A DNA stretch of 64,000 bases from Octopus sinensis (Eukaryota): positions 136,884 to 200,883 of the forward strand of contig NW_021836137.1 in the NCBI RefSeq assembly GCF_006345805.1. The letters are read 5' to 3'. A model generated the notes under the pieces. The model ran no database searches, was not told where the DNA came from, and was given only the letters and a program-made list of their open reading frames with translations. This document shows, piece after piece, positions 1 through 12,720 of the stretch (positions within the stretch are counted from its first letter, which is position 1; every line of letters starts with the position of its first letter). A program made the translations under genes and the position numbers.

Positions 1-86
1 TATCTATCTATCTATATATATATATATACACACACACACATACATATACATACACATACATATATACATATACATACATATACATA
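1..86. repeat. compound microsatellite (TATC/TA/CA/TACA)
   Basis: directly visible short-unit repeats. Confidence 0.95.
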
Positions 87-87
87 A

Positions 88-543
88 AAGTTTAAAATAC
101 ATTTATTTACATATATACCAAATTAGTTTCAATAATATTTTTTGTTCATCAATGGTAAAAGTGTAGAATTAGAAAAAAACATCTTTAAATGTTTCAATGT
201 TGACAAATTAAAATGTTTCAATGGTGATAAATTAACATGTTCAAAACAGAAGGTGTAAGTTTGAATGTTCATAGCAGTCAATAAAATTAAAACTGTCTAT
301 CAATTTGTTATATATATATATAACAAATTGATATACAGTTTTAATTTTGACTGCTATGAATATTCAAACTTACACCTTCTGTTTTGAACATCTTAACTTA
401 TCAACATTGAAACATTTTAATTTCTCAACATTGAAACATTAAAGATGTTTTTTCTAATTCTAAACTTTTACTACTGATAAACAAAAAATATTGTTGAAAC
501 TAATTTGGTATATATATGTAAATAGATGTATTGTAAACATTTA
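88..543. repeat. long imperfect palindrome (fold-back) centred on a (TA)n tract
   Basis: 88-308 is the reverse complement of about 323-543, e.g. CAAAACAGAAGGTGTAAGTTTGAAT versus ATTCAAACTTACACCTTCTGTTTTG; centre (TA)n at about 309-322. Confidence 0.9.
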
Positions 544-585
544 CGAGTTTGTGAAATTTAGGTGCATTTTCAACAACACATTTTC

Positions 586-717
<132 letters not shown>

Positions 718-719
718 AT

Positions 720-1058
720 ATAGCATCGCCTTACTGGCACTTGTACTGGTGGCACATGAAAAAACATTCGAGAGAGATAGTTGCCAGTGCCACAGGACTG
801 GCTCCTGTGCAGGTGGCACATAAAACACACCATTTGAGTATGGCCATTGCCAGTACTGCCTGACTGGCCCTCGTGCCGGTGACATGTAAAAGCACCCACT
901 TCACTCTCGAAGTGGTTGGTGTTAGGAAAGGCATCTAGCTATAGAAACTCTGCCAGATCAGATTGGAGCCTGGTGCAGCCATCTGGTTTGCCAGGCCTCA
1001 GTCAAATCGTCCAACACATGCTATCATAGAAAGCGGACTTTAAACGATGATGATGATG
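720..1058 (+). mobile_element. 3' UTR/tail of RTE-clade LINE ending in (GAT)n
   Basis: GGTGTTAGGAAAGGCATC..AGAAAC..CAAATCGTCCAACACATGC..AAACGATGATGATG; the same tail follows RTE coding sequence at 43330-43905. Confidence 0.7.
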
Positions 1059-1168
1059 ACACACACACACACAACGGGCTTTTTTTAGATTTGCTCTACC
1101 AGATCCACTCACAAGACTTTGGTTGGCCTGAGGCTATAGTTGAAAACATTTGCCCAAGGTGCCATGCC
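1059..1168 (-). mobile_element. tRNA-derived SINE fragment
   Basis: reverse complement of the SINE at 59250-59640 (CCACTCACAAG..GGCCTGAGGCTATAGT..GCCCAAGGTGCCA). Confidence 0.75.
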
Positions 1169-1502
1169 TGTATTTGTGCTTATAATTTGGATTGGAAGTG
1201 AAAGAATTTCAGAACACTGTGGTTTTGTGTAATCAGGAATTGATAAAATGCTTAGTTTGAGATCTGTAATTTGTTAACAGGAATATAATTTGGGTATAAT
1301 GAATGGACAACTATCTAGCAACAAGTTCAAAGAAGCAACTGCTATTGTTGTAATAAAAGAGGATGAAGAATGATGAAATATTCTATCCATTAGTTAATGT
1401 CTGGGAGCACATTTGTGAGTGAATCTTTCCTAATTAGTTACATAACCATTTTGAGATGTGGTCTGGGATGTTTGGGTCTATAATAGCAACACTATTCCAT
1501 GT

Positions 1503-2364
1503 TATGCAAAATGATATCGAAAAGTTCCCGGACTATTTAACATTATCTCTTTCAAAACAGTCACCCAGCAGTACAAGCGCTCTTGGAATAGGGCCTGGAA
1601 ATCGCTTTCTGTAAGTGAGTCGAGGACCTTCTGCAATTCACTCTTGACCTTGACAACAGTGTTAAAACGGCAACCTTTGAGCTGCATTTTCATCTTGGGT
1701 AGAGATGAAAGCCTGCAGGTGCTATATTTGGTAGATAGGGCAGATGCAGATGTGATACCATGTTGTTTTAGGTGAGAAACTCATTAGTGAGGAGAGCTCA
1801 GTGACGGGATGCATTGTCATTGAGATGAATCCAATTCTTTGCACTCCACAGATCTGGTTGCTTTCACCAGATGGTCTCCTTGAAGCACTTCAAAATGTCA
1901 TTGATTGTCCTCCGGCAATCCTCATGCACAAGCTGATGCATTTTCTTCACATTTCCAGGGTTGACACTCATGACAGGTCTTCCAATTCGCTCATCATCTT
2001 CAAGGGACGTTCTTCCACTTTTGATGCACATGTGCCACTCAAAACATTGAGTAAACCCATAGCCACAAAACTGTAAGCTTGCGTAGGCATGTTCCATGTC
2101 TCTGTAGCAGACTTCCCAAGTTTAACACAAAATTTCGCAATAGCTTTTTGTTACAACATCCTGTCATGACAAAAATCGCAGACTGCCGCATACATGTGAT
2201 CACAAAAACACAAATTTCACAACTTGCGAAGTAAACTCAGCAATGTAACTTGGCACACTGCCTTATAAAGGTCACTGCTAGCTCTCACTGCACGTGCAAC
2301 TGTGTGCTGTCATTTGTTGGTATGCTACAGAAGTAGTCCAGGAACTTTTTGCTACCACTTCGTA
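1503..2364 (-). mobile_element. internally deleted mariner-family DNA transposon
   Basis: TIRs at about 1503-1535 (..GAAAAGTTCCCGGACTA) and 2334-2364 (TAGTCCAGGAACTTTTT..CGTA); remnants QCFEWH..KSGRTSLEDDERIGRP..VHEDCRRTINDI and MKMQLKGCRFNTV..LQKVLDSLTESDFQ; the middle of the transposase is missing. Confidence 0.9.
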
Positions 2365-2419
2365 CACCATTAGTTTCCTCTAGTTTATTTTATTGTGCAA
2401 ATGTAATATTTCACACCTG

Positions 2420-2800
2420 ACATGAACAAAGATTTCGACTGTCTCTATGATGAAGTTTTTTTGTTTTATATACGTGAGAAGTATACCATTCTTGACTGAC
2501 TGGGGATGTCCTGGCAGAAAGTTTGAGAATATGAAATGAATTGTGAATGGTGACCAGAGGCAAACAACTCAACAAGAGGTTTCTCGTGCTAAAAATAGTT
2601 GAAAGCTTTGCTGATGCCAAATTATGTTGCTTTCACCAAATTTTTCTACAAGAAATTACAGTATAACACAAGAGAAACAGAGAATCAAACTGATTAAGCA
2701 AATGATTGTATATAAACTGCTTTCATCATTTGTGTGATGCTGAAATTATCTGATAGTAGCAATGGGTTTTATTGTTTCATCAGAGGCATTTCTTTTAGAT
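2420..2800 (-). mobile_element. highly decayed CR1/L2-like reverse transcriptase fragment
   Basis: minus frame reads GISKAFNYF*HEKPLVELFASGHHSQFI, resembling the DISKAFD.VWH..LL.KL motif. Confidence 0.4.
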
Positions 2801-3581
2801 ACTTTATCCACAAAGTCATCAAGAATTATTCATACTTTTATGTTGATTCATTAAAAGCCGTCATCAAACTGTAGAGAACACATTGTAGTAACATTTCATG
2901 AGTTGCATGTTCATTTATATTAAAGAGTTTAAGCTGGCAGCATATTTCTTTCTTCATATACTTAGGCATACCTATTTGTGGAGTATAAATAACAGATGTC
3001 ACAGGAAAAATTACTTTCGACCAGTAAGTGCTACACTCGAAAAGGATTGAACTTATCCAATAAACAATTAAGAAAATTAAGTTTAATTACATAGGATTAT
3101 CATGATTCATAAATGGATAAAACAGTGTGATAAAGTGCATCTATGGCTATGTATGTGCAAGAATGGTAAAATGAATATAAATTATGTATTCATGCAAAAG
3201 AAAGTTTAGGAATGTGCATATGAATAGATATTAATTACTTACATAAAAAAAAATGAGGTGTGCTATATTGCAAATTGACTGTGTCTATCTATGCATAAAA
3301 TCAGTTGTTATCAAGTTACTTAAGTTCAAGAAGTGTCAAGTTTAATTAGTGCTTCGTATAATGACCAATTTGGTTAATCTACTTGATTGCTCTACTCAGG
3401 TGCTAGAGTATTCAGTGTTCTTCAAACTAGATTATTAGAGCAGTACTCAGGATTGCAATTGAATTAACAGAAATTGCATAATAGAAAAGAAAAAAAAAAG
3501 GATGATGACACAATGCACTGATTGTACACACCCTCATTAAAGATGTGATGTGATCTCCATTCGTACTCTTGTGCTATATAC

Positions 3582-3621
<40 letters not shown>

Positions 3622-5229
3622 CATATACAAACTCTTATAGACACATATTTTAAAATGCAAAAGTGCATACCAGCATGCACATTTACTTGAGAATAAAAGA
3701 AATTAAAAATTAAAGAGAGAGTTCAGTATAGAAATAACTGAATTATCTATATTATAAGGAGTATGATTCTATACATTTATAGATGTATAAGAATCAATGC
3801 ATAGACATGTGTTTCAATATAAACAGAGTTTTTTTTTTTTATGTGTTTTGTGAGCATACTTACCAGAAATTCTATTATTATACAATTTATTAATATTTGT
3901 GTGTGTACATATGCCAATTCCACAAAACCAATATATAAGCATATTTGAGCTCAGATACAGCTGGCACGTTAGTGTTTATATCTGTGTACATTTAAAAGAA
4001 ATCAATGTAAATACAGATCTATACACACAAACATATAGAAAAGAGGATGTGTGGGGATATATCTGATGAAAGAACTGGAGAAAAGGTAAGAAAAGAAAGA
4101 CAGGAAAAGAGAAAAAGAAAGAAGCTCTAAGCAATTTTTGCTTTCCTTTTTCTTATCCAAACTATCCATTTATAGAAATAAGAATAATTTTACAAACCAT
4201 TACATCCTTCTGGCAAATTCTATCCTTTAGGATGAAAATTAAATGTCTTATATATTCACATTTCAGATAAAGTAACTAAGACAATATGCCAATCAAGGAA
4301 AAGTTTAGATATTATATGATACACAAAAAAAAAATCTGGGGAAAGAATTGGTTTTAATAGAAATGACATTATTGGTCTCTCTCTTTCAGTTCATATGCCA
4401 TTACAGGTACATAGTAGTACTAAAAAAATATTTATTGAAGCATATACTTGGCTAAATATTCTTTCTTCATAAAATTTTAGAATGGTTATCATGAAGGACA
4501 GGTTATAGTTTGCTTTCTATGCAGCACAGAAACATTTCTTTCCAGTATTACTTTTAAATTTTTCACTTTTTAATATTTGTAACAGATAAGAGATATAAAG
4601 AAATAGCACAATTTCCAATTGTAGAAGGTTTTTTTTTTTTTTATTTGTTACTCTTAGCTTTTTAATTTTTCGCTCTTCGTTTCATTTTTAAATAAACATT
4701 TGACATGCAGTCTTTGAAAGCGTTGACTTTATAAACCCCAAAAATCTAACAGTAAAAAATTCAATGACAAAAGATAAACAATGAAAGCAAGAAACAGGGA
4801 AACGAAAATAAAGGGGGGGAAAAAATTACAAAATAAAGAAAAAAGAATTAAAGATAGATAGAATGGAAGAAAAAGAAATATAAAAATATACTTAATAGAA
4901 TAGTGATGTAAATAATTCAGTTGAAAGAGAAAAGAAGATAAAGTGGTTAGACAACTGACTGACAGAGTATAAGTGAGTTTACTGATGTAGCTTACAGTAA
5001 ATTTGGATTGAAAACGTTAGAAACAAATTTTTGTGTATGAATGCATTTTGTGTGGACAATGTATGCATATGTTATTATATATGCATCAGCTGCATAATAA
5101 AAGTATATGTAAAGGAAAGGAACATCTCTTCTGACTTGAATTTATTGGAATTCTTCTTTACATGTCAGTCATACTTAAATTGCAAAAGAGACAGCATATC
5201 TCATTCACTCTATGTGTCTGTCTATTTAT

Positions 5230-5284
5230 CTCTTTTATATATATATATATATATGCATATACATATATATGTGTGTGTGTGTGT

Positions 5285-5325
<41 letters not shown>

Positions 5326-5330
5326 TGCAT
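5230..5330. repeat. (TA)n/(TG)n/(CA)n microsatellite
   Basis: directly visible. Confidence 0.95.
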
Positions 5331-6267
5331 ATTTTTTATGTTTGACTTTTTCTTGTGGCTTGGAATAAAAATCTTAGATTTTCTTCTTAAATGAAAAGGT
5401 GAAAAGAATCATAAAAGAAGCTCAATCAATGATGACAGCTGTTTGCCACCAAGCTGTTTTCTCTATTTCACAGATCGGCAGCAATACCACACTATTACCT
5501 GTTTTTAGAGAGCAAAATTGAGAGATGGAGGCGGAAGTGAAATGGAAATAAATAAGCTTCAAATAGCAACAAGACATTTTAAAAAAAAACTTTTTACAAA
5601 AAGATTTCAGCTAAGGAAATTTGCAAAGCCTATTGTAGGAAATATTTCACCTTTTCTTCTTCTTTTCAATGATATTTACATATCTTTTTAAAATTTTTAC
5701 TGATAAAAGAATACTTTATTGAGTAATACTTTTCGCTAAAATAAAAATGGACAAATTCAAATTCTTTTTGATGAAAATTGATAGGAAAAGGAAGTACAAA
5801 TCCATTGAAAACTTCTATCATGTCTAGGTATTATTTTGGCTGAATTGAAAGTCTGAAGAGAAAAGATGAGTACCGGGATAACCCTCAATGATCAAACAAA
5901 AGCATACACCTTTAGGTGTGAATGGGTTTGTTGCATAATAGAGATTATTATAATTATACAAATAAGAAAATGATTGGTTATTAGAATGATGAAACTGAAG
6001 GAAACAGTAAGCCATATATTTCTGTTGAAATCACGAAAGAGAAAGGTGCGTGAACTTATATACCAAGTATGATAATAAAACAATTATAAATTCCAAATGA
6101 AGCAATAATTCAACAATAAAAAGTTTCCATTTAAGAAACAAGACACAAGTTATATCAATATAACAAATTCTCCAATATCTGAATTAATCTTTCACACATA
6201 AGCATCATCCGCATGCACCTTAGATGCCTCAAGCTATGCATACACAGTTTGCATGAACAATGATTCA

Positions 6268-6425
6268 GGTATGGCTATGTGGTTAATAAGTTTGCTTCAC
6301 AACCACATGGTTTTGGGTTTAGTCCCACTGCAAGTAACTTTTACACTAATCTAAGAATGACAAGTGCTTTGTGACTGAAAGGCAGATGGAAAAGTAGAAG
6401 GCTCACTATGTGCATGTGAGTAAGA
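6268..6425 (+). mobile_element. decayed tRNA-derived SINE, 5' part
   Basis: GGCTATGTGGTTAATAAGTTTGCTTCACAACCACATGGTTTTGGGTTTAGTCCCACTG matches the head of the 59250 SINE. Confidence 0.75.
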
Positions 6426-6504
6426 ATATTGACATCTCAAGGCTTTCCTTGAGTGAAACAAGGAATGATGTTGACATTCCTTGTTGGCATAGCCCCTACA
6501 CACA

Positions 6505-6665
6505 ATTTTTTTCTTTCCTTGTTTCTTTTCTGTGTATCTTTCTGTCGAAGAGCGTAGGCTCGAAACGTAAAAGACTTGTTTTATTTCTATTCCTGAGCGC
6601 CATACTAATACATTGTTTGTTTGTACTCCACCTGCCTTCATCTTTTGTTTATTTTCGTAACCTTC
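6505..6665 (+). mobile_element. Penelope-like element terminal-repeat fragment
   Basis: GAAGAGCGTAGGCTCGAAACGTAAAAGAC motif inside a T-rich segment; CTG..GAA-stem-CGAAACGT is typical of PLE pseudo-LTRs. Confidence 0.55.
6536..6575 (+). ncRNA. minimal hammerhead ribozyme-like motif (variant core)
   Basis: UCUUU-CUGUCGA-A-GAGC(GUAG)GCUC-GAAAC-GUA-AAAGA: stems I and II pair, stem III is palindromic ACGU; core position 6 is U instead of A. Confidence 0.45.
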
Positions 6666-7014
6666 CTGTTATAGAATGAAAGTATCCCTAACTTGAAAAA
6701 CAAGCAAGAGTTGGTAACAGAAAGAGCATCAGACTGTAAAAAAATGTTACATCAAATACATTCCTGTCCATCCCATGTTAGCATAGTAAAAAAGATATTA
6801 AATGAATTAATAAGAACCTATTAAACATACTCTAACATACCTCAATAAAAACATGATTATCTTGTCTCCTTCAACTGTGCCAAAACACAATCACTAAAAA
6901 CAGCAAGATGACATATTACCTTATGTCATCTGCACTGAAACAAATCACATATAAAGCTCTAACTATATTAACATTAAGTATCACAATCTTCAATGATTTC
7001 TCATTCTTTTTTTC

Positions 7015-7328
7015 CTTCTTTTATTTGTTTCAGTCATTTAGCCTGCAGCTGTGCTGTGGCACCGCTTCAAAGAATTAGTGGAATGAACTGACCCGAAAAT
7101 TTTTAATTTTGAAACTGAATCACATCAACATCAGTTGTCAAGTAGTGGTGGGGGACTGACACATACACATATACACATGTATACGATGGGCTTCTTTCAG
7201 TTTCCGCCCACTAAATCCACTCACAAGGCTTTGGTTGACACTTACTGAAAGGTACTACACACTGAGACTGAACCCAGATCCATGAGGTTTAGAAGCAAGC
7301 TTCTTACCACACAACCACTCCTGCACCT
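7015..7328 (-). mobile_element. tRNA-derived SINE
   Basis: reverse complement of the 59250 family from tail (TTTGTTTCAGTCATT) to head (CTTACCACACAACCACTCCTGCACCT). Confidence 0.85.
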
Positions 7329-7479
7329 CATGATAACAATTTATCTATAATAAAACCAAAACTTTTCATCAGAGTCACATAATATACTATAGATCTAAAC
7401 TGTTATTGTTTTAATACAATGTACAATTTTCCTTTACACTACTGATGATGCAGGTGACAGAAGAAATACTACATGCACA

Positions 7480-7800
7480 AGTATTCTAAAAACACAAAGA
7501 TATTTAACTCAGTGGTAAACTTCCACGATACCCTTTCACACATCTATGAGCTATATTCTCCTTTGAACTTTTCTGCAACTACTAGAGTGTTCATTTGTCT
7601 CTGAATTAGCAAGTGCATACCTTCTGGTTGGTCTGCTTCCAGCCCACCTCTTATTCCTTCTGTGCTTCACCACCAACCACACACTCAGTTATATTGTCCA
7701 AAATTTTGTACCCAAACTGCAGACCTCTGAGACGTCTTTCCTATCCACATTATGCATTATCGAAAAAGTTTAAGTTAAGTATCAACTACATTAATTTTAC
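7480..7800 (+). mobile_element. decayed CR1/L2-like LINE 3' fragment
   Basis: composition and residual CACATTATGCATTATC/ELA-type motif resemble LINE C-terminal remnants; related decayed segment at 36600-36980 on the minus strand. Confidence 0.3.
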
Positions 7801-9430
7801 CTAAGAAGTTTATGAACACAGCCATTCTACTTCAAACTATTTGATAAAACAAAAAAAGACTGTGCTTATCAAAACAAAAAAAAATCCAGTGTGAAAGAAA
7901 TAAAATATTTCATTTTCAAACCATCATTAAAAGCTTTTCTTCAATGTTTACTGAGTACCCTTGATCGCAAAGTAAGTATATTAATAGTACTTATACTAAT
8001 TACTATATACTGTATACTAATTAGAATGCAATTTCAATAAAAATGAATAGAGATAAAAAAGATTTAATAGGGAAAACAATAGGTATAAACTATATAATTA
8101 AATATACCACTCTCCAGTGATTAATCTTTTATGTCAACTAATAGTATTCATTCATAAGTGACAATTCATTTTGATATATTTGGAAATATAAAAGACAAAC
8201 ACACATTAACCCTGATCCTAAGAAGATGTTTAATTCAAAACTGTTCACCTATCATTTCAAATTCAGCATATGAGCCAGTAGGGGAACATTTATATAGTTG
8301 CTCAACCTGGCAAAAATATCAACCAAATCTTGTCAAATTACACACTGCCATAGTAAAATTGAAACGATGCTTGATAAAGTACACTTGATAAAAAGACAGG
8401 ATAGGCATGGCTGGAACAATTAGAGATTGTTTGGATCTAAACAATAATAGCAAATCGTCTCAACCTGTTAGAAGGTATTTATATATACATGTTCACCTCA
8501 TTGCTTAAGCAAGTGTAATTATTTATGGCCATGCAATGTTTTAGACACACAGCAAAACAATTGCTATGTTATAATTATTACCTGACTAAAAGTAACAATA
8601 TTTTAAATTGTCAACTTTTCATTGTAAAAACAAACCCCTGTCAGAAAATATAACCTAACACTTAACAGAAAAGCTTAAAAGTTTATACATCTGCAGGAAA
8701 ATTAAATATATAATTTTCCAAAACATGGTCTTGATTTTTCTATTAATATGTATATCATATGGGCAAACCTTACAAACCTTAATAAACCACAAGCAATATA
8801 TTATTCCTGAACTATCAATAATAATATACTAGTGATTTTAAAATGTGCTGGTATAGTTAGGATGCTATAAGGTTTTTAACTATATGTTTCCGGTGGGGAT
8901 CTAGTCTTCTTAAAAAGAAAGCAAAAAATACAACTAGAAGTATTTCTATAAAGAATGCAAATGGCAATCATTACAAAGGAGGGAAATTCCATGGAATATT
9001 AATAATATTATTTATATACCAGGGTTAACATTGCTTTTCAAGCTTTTTGGGTTGATAAAATGATAAGTAGATAGATAAGTAGGAGATGGTCATCATGACC
9101 CTTAGCATTTACTTGTTCAAATCTTTCTGGGTTTAACTGCCTTTTTACCGTTCTGAGGTCAATGAAATATGTACCAATAACAATTTAGAATATCGTTTTC
9201 TTATAAATATAGTAAATCATCATCATTAGCATCAATAACAGCACCAATTCTAGAGATTGCATTTATTATTCATAAATGGCTGTATTGCATTTCCTATTCT
9301 TAAACATAACTTCATTATTGATGACGTTTTTATTAGAACCACTAAGGGTGATGGAGTGGCAGAACTGTTACAACTTTCAAGAAAATGCATTGCATTATTT
9401 CTTGTGGTTTTTTACATTCTAAATCCAAAA

Positions 9431-9540
9431 TCATGCCATGGTCAAACAGTTTCTTTCATCTCTCCAGTGTTGATAAAATAAAGTATCTTTTTCTCCAACA
9501 CTGTTGTTAGTAAAAAATCCTTTGTCATTCTTCACAATAA
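9431..9540 (-). CDS. candidate terminal coding exon, unknown protein (IVKNDKGFFTNNSVGEKDTLFYQHWRDERNCLTMA*)
   Basis: acceptor ttttgtatatatttctag; only the phase-1 frame is open; phase-compatible with the 10699-10760 candidate; AATAAA downstream. Confidence 0.3.
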
Positions 9541-10698
9541 CTAGAAATATATACAAAACTGACCTATAGATGAATTTTAAGAATTGATAACACAAATAAC
9601 AGCTTGTTACTACAAATATGAATTATGGGACCCCAAAAAAATTAACAATGTTGACCTAAATGCGAATTTCACTGAGAGAAGCACTTAATCTGGTTCTCAA
9701 CTATCTGTGACAGTCCTATTGACCAAATCAATACCAATAATGAGAATAGTAAGTAAAAGTAAAACGATTTTATTCTTAACTGCAGTTTGTCTTTAGCAAA
9801 TGAGGCATTTCCATAAATTGGCTGTCAAGTACAATATCTTAGTGTCTGTATAAAACATTTAATCTATTTCAAATACTTATCAAGAACGAAATTAAAAAAA
9901 AAACGACATAATGATAAACTATGATATAAACAAAGAAATTAGAAAAAAAAAAGCATGATAAAAAGTTCGAGATCTGAAATGTATTCTTTAATTGCATTTT
10001 TCTGCCAAAATAAAATCACATTATAGCCATACACAAAATAAATGGACTTTATCTTCCAACAATATGCCATTATTTTTATTTTTATTTTGTTTGCCTTCAT
10101 TTTTATTTTTGGGCCTTCTGATGTAGTCATTGATAGCATAAAAATTTTAATCAATATCATTTATCAAAACTGATGATTATAATAGACAAACAATTATCTT
10201 AATTTTCAGTATTTGGAATAAAGTTAAGTGTTAAGGTGCTAAATCTAATAAATGTAATGTAAATGTAGACTATCCTGAGTGTCTCAGTCTAAAAAAAGAA
10301 AAAAAAAAACAAAACAAAAATATAGCTTAGTTAATAGAATGATGGATTACCAAGAATCAAAAATTTGTAGCTAGAAAAACTGAACGTATAATCAGAACAT
10401 TTAAATCTTGGTGACTCAATCCACTAAGTTGTAATTAAATATTAAAGGTTTATGCATCTCATCAGTATACACAGTAAGAGCACAGTATAATTTTTAAAAT
10501 ATTTTGTTAGGGATAAGGATGTGTATTGTCGTTAAAAAATGATACTGGTCTCTTCTAGCTAACAGATTCGAATATCAGCAAAATCACCAATAAAAAAGAT
10601 TTGTGAACGAAAAAAATCAAATAAATAAAACATTACCGATGTAACCTTTGCCCATCTGAATTGCAGATATTTTTATTCACTAAATTTTGGAAACTTAC

Positions 10699-10760
10699 AA
10701 TGCTCTTCAAAGTAAGTTTCACATGCTGTCTGGTTTTGTACTATCATTTGCATCATGACA
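10699..10760 (-). CDS. candidate internal coding exon (VMMQMIVQNQTACETYFEEH)
   Basis: acceptor cttgaacttttgctacag, donor GTAAGT; 62 nt, phase 2 to 1. Confidence 0.3.
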
Positions 10761-11999
10761 CTGTAGCAAAAGTTCAAGTCAAATACAAGAATATTTTTAA
10801 CAATTCCTTCCCATATCACAGTTCAATTTTTCTGAAAAGGCTAGCCTCTGGATTTTCAAGTTGGGATTAACCATGTCAAACTCATCATTCGGTAGCAGTC
10901 CATGACAGTGACACAGCTTAATCCATGACTTTATGCACAACCTACTGAAGTATTTTGTATGGTTTTCATTGAAAGATATGACAAACTATCTTTAAAATCA
11001 AAGGAGTGTGCATTGCAGGCAAACACACACACTCTCCCTCTCTCTCTCTGAAATGCTGTCTTTTTACTGATGCAAGAGTATATAAGGAGTATGTAATTGT
11101 GGAATTTCAGTTTGGAGTATCCATCACTTAACTTCTGCCAGCCAAAGCAAACCATGGAGTGAACACACACATTCATGAGAAACAAGATCAATAAATTCCT
11201 TATCAAATATATTGTCTTAACATGCAAAGTTTGGGGAAAATAATTACTTGAAAATATGCTAATTTATCCCTGTTCTTTTATTGGTAAAGCTGCATCTATT
11301 ACTACAATAGTTCAGCCCAGTTTTATGTTCCCCAAGACTAATACATGCAATTGTGCTTTAAACACTGCTCTTTTATAATAAAATGGCCACAAGCTTTGAT
11401 GCTAAGCTATAACCATAAAATCTGTTAGCAATAACAATGATTTCAATTCAGCCAGTTATGTTTTGACATTTGCTTAGTGTCATTTGTTAATAGGGCAAGT
11501 AAAATTACATTGAACTTCATAGATGAATGAGTGAGCGAGCAAGTGAGACTTGCAAGAAACAACTCCAGTATTAAGATAGAATACATATATTTATTAAAAC
11601 AGAATGCTTGCACAAAAGAAGTAAAACAAATATTTCTCAAATACAAAAACATTCACATTCCCATTATCACTTGTTTGTTTCCTCTAACCTGCATATTAAC
11701 AAACTAATAACAACTGCATCACCATCGTAATCTTCATTGCCTAAATGATTTTTGCACCAGTATCATGTTGGCATTAGTTAAATGAATCTTTGATACGGAA
11801 TACTGTTATTCTCAATTTTGCAATATCTCATTCATAAGAATTAAAATTCTATGACCTGATGTCACTTTGTTTTTCCTCATCTTCCTTATTCAACCTCTAG
11901 TTTATTGTTAGCTAATAGCACTTGTGTAAGAGTTACCAATTTACAATTACATGTTTATGCTATAACAAGTATTTCTGCTCATACAAGAAAATTCCTCTC

Positions 12000-12365
12000 A
12001 CAGAGGCAATGGCAAGTGACCAAGACCATAAGCAATTTGCTATGCTTGAGAAGACACAAGCTAAGTGAAATCATGGTTGTGACCAGTGCCAATGACACAT
12101 ATTTGGCACCTGTGGTGAAGACACATAAAGGGCACTCATGCCAATGACACATAATTGGCACCCATGCCAGTGACACATAAGAGACACGCAGTACACTTCA
12201 TAGAGTAGTTGGCATTAGGAAGGGCATTCAGACATAGAAGCCAAACCAAAACAGACTGGAGCCCAATGCAGCTCTCTGATTTACCTGCTCCAGTCAAACT
12301 ATGTAGCCCAAAACATCATGGAAAACAGATGTTAGATGATGATGGGGAAGATGATGATGATGAAC
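12000..12365 (+). mobile_element. RTE-clade LINE 3' UTR/tail ending in (GAT)n
   Basis: same family as 720-1058 (GTTGGCATTAGGAAGGGCATTCAG..CCAGTCAAAC..GATGATGATG). Confidence 0.7.
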
Positions 12366-12379
12366 TTAACACATCCAGT

Positions 12380-12720
12380 AGTTCAGAGTTCTTGCAAACT
12401 TATTCAGATCTTCCACATTCATACGGTTTGCTTCTTGCATAGAGAGGTTGCTTGCTACCAACAGAGGTAATGTTTCCTCGAACACAGTTCAACACTTCTA
12501 CAGCATCATTGTCACTAGTACTACCTCCTGCACTAATAATGGCATCTAGGTAATAGAAAATATCTAATGCTTTTGCAAGCCATCTAAGCAAACCTAAGCC
12601 TTTGCACCTAACAGAAATAATTTTTCTCCTTTCATGCCTTTCTTTTGAAAATGAATCAATTAACATATCTGTCCTGTGTGAATAGTTACCGAGAAGCATG
12701 TGGTTGGGAAGATAAAGATT
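12380..12720 (-). mobile_element. decayed RTE-clade LINE RT C-terminal fragment
   Basis: ORF 12400-12699 contains DIFYYLDAIISAGGSTSD, resembling RTE D.F.YLG..IS.GGG..E. Confidence 0.55.

Noticed and set aside
3500-5520. ATGATGA C-box-like motifs at about 3502 and 5428 as box C/D snoRNAs
   Set aside because: No terminal CTGA D box with a closing stem at a suitable distance.
10699-10760. MIVQNQTACE resembles the ZDHHC palmitoyltransferase TTxE motif
   Set aside because: My by-eye search found no DHHC-encoding sequence on either strand, and the similarity is only a few residues.
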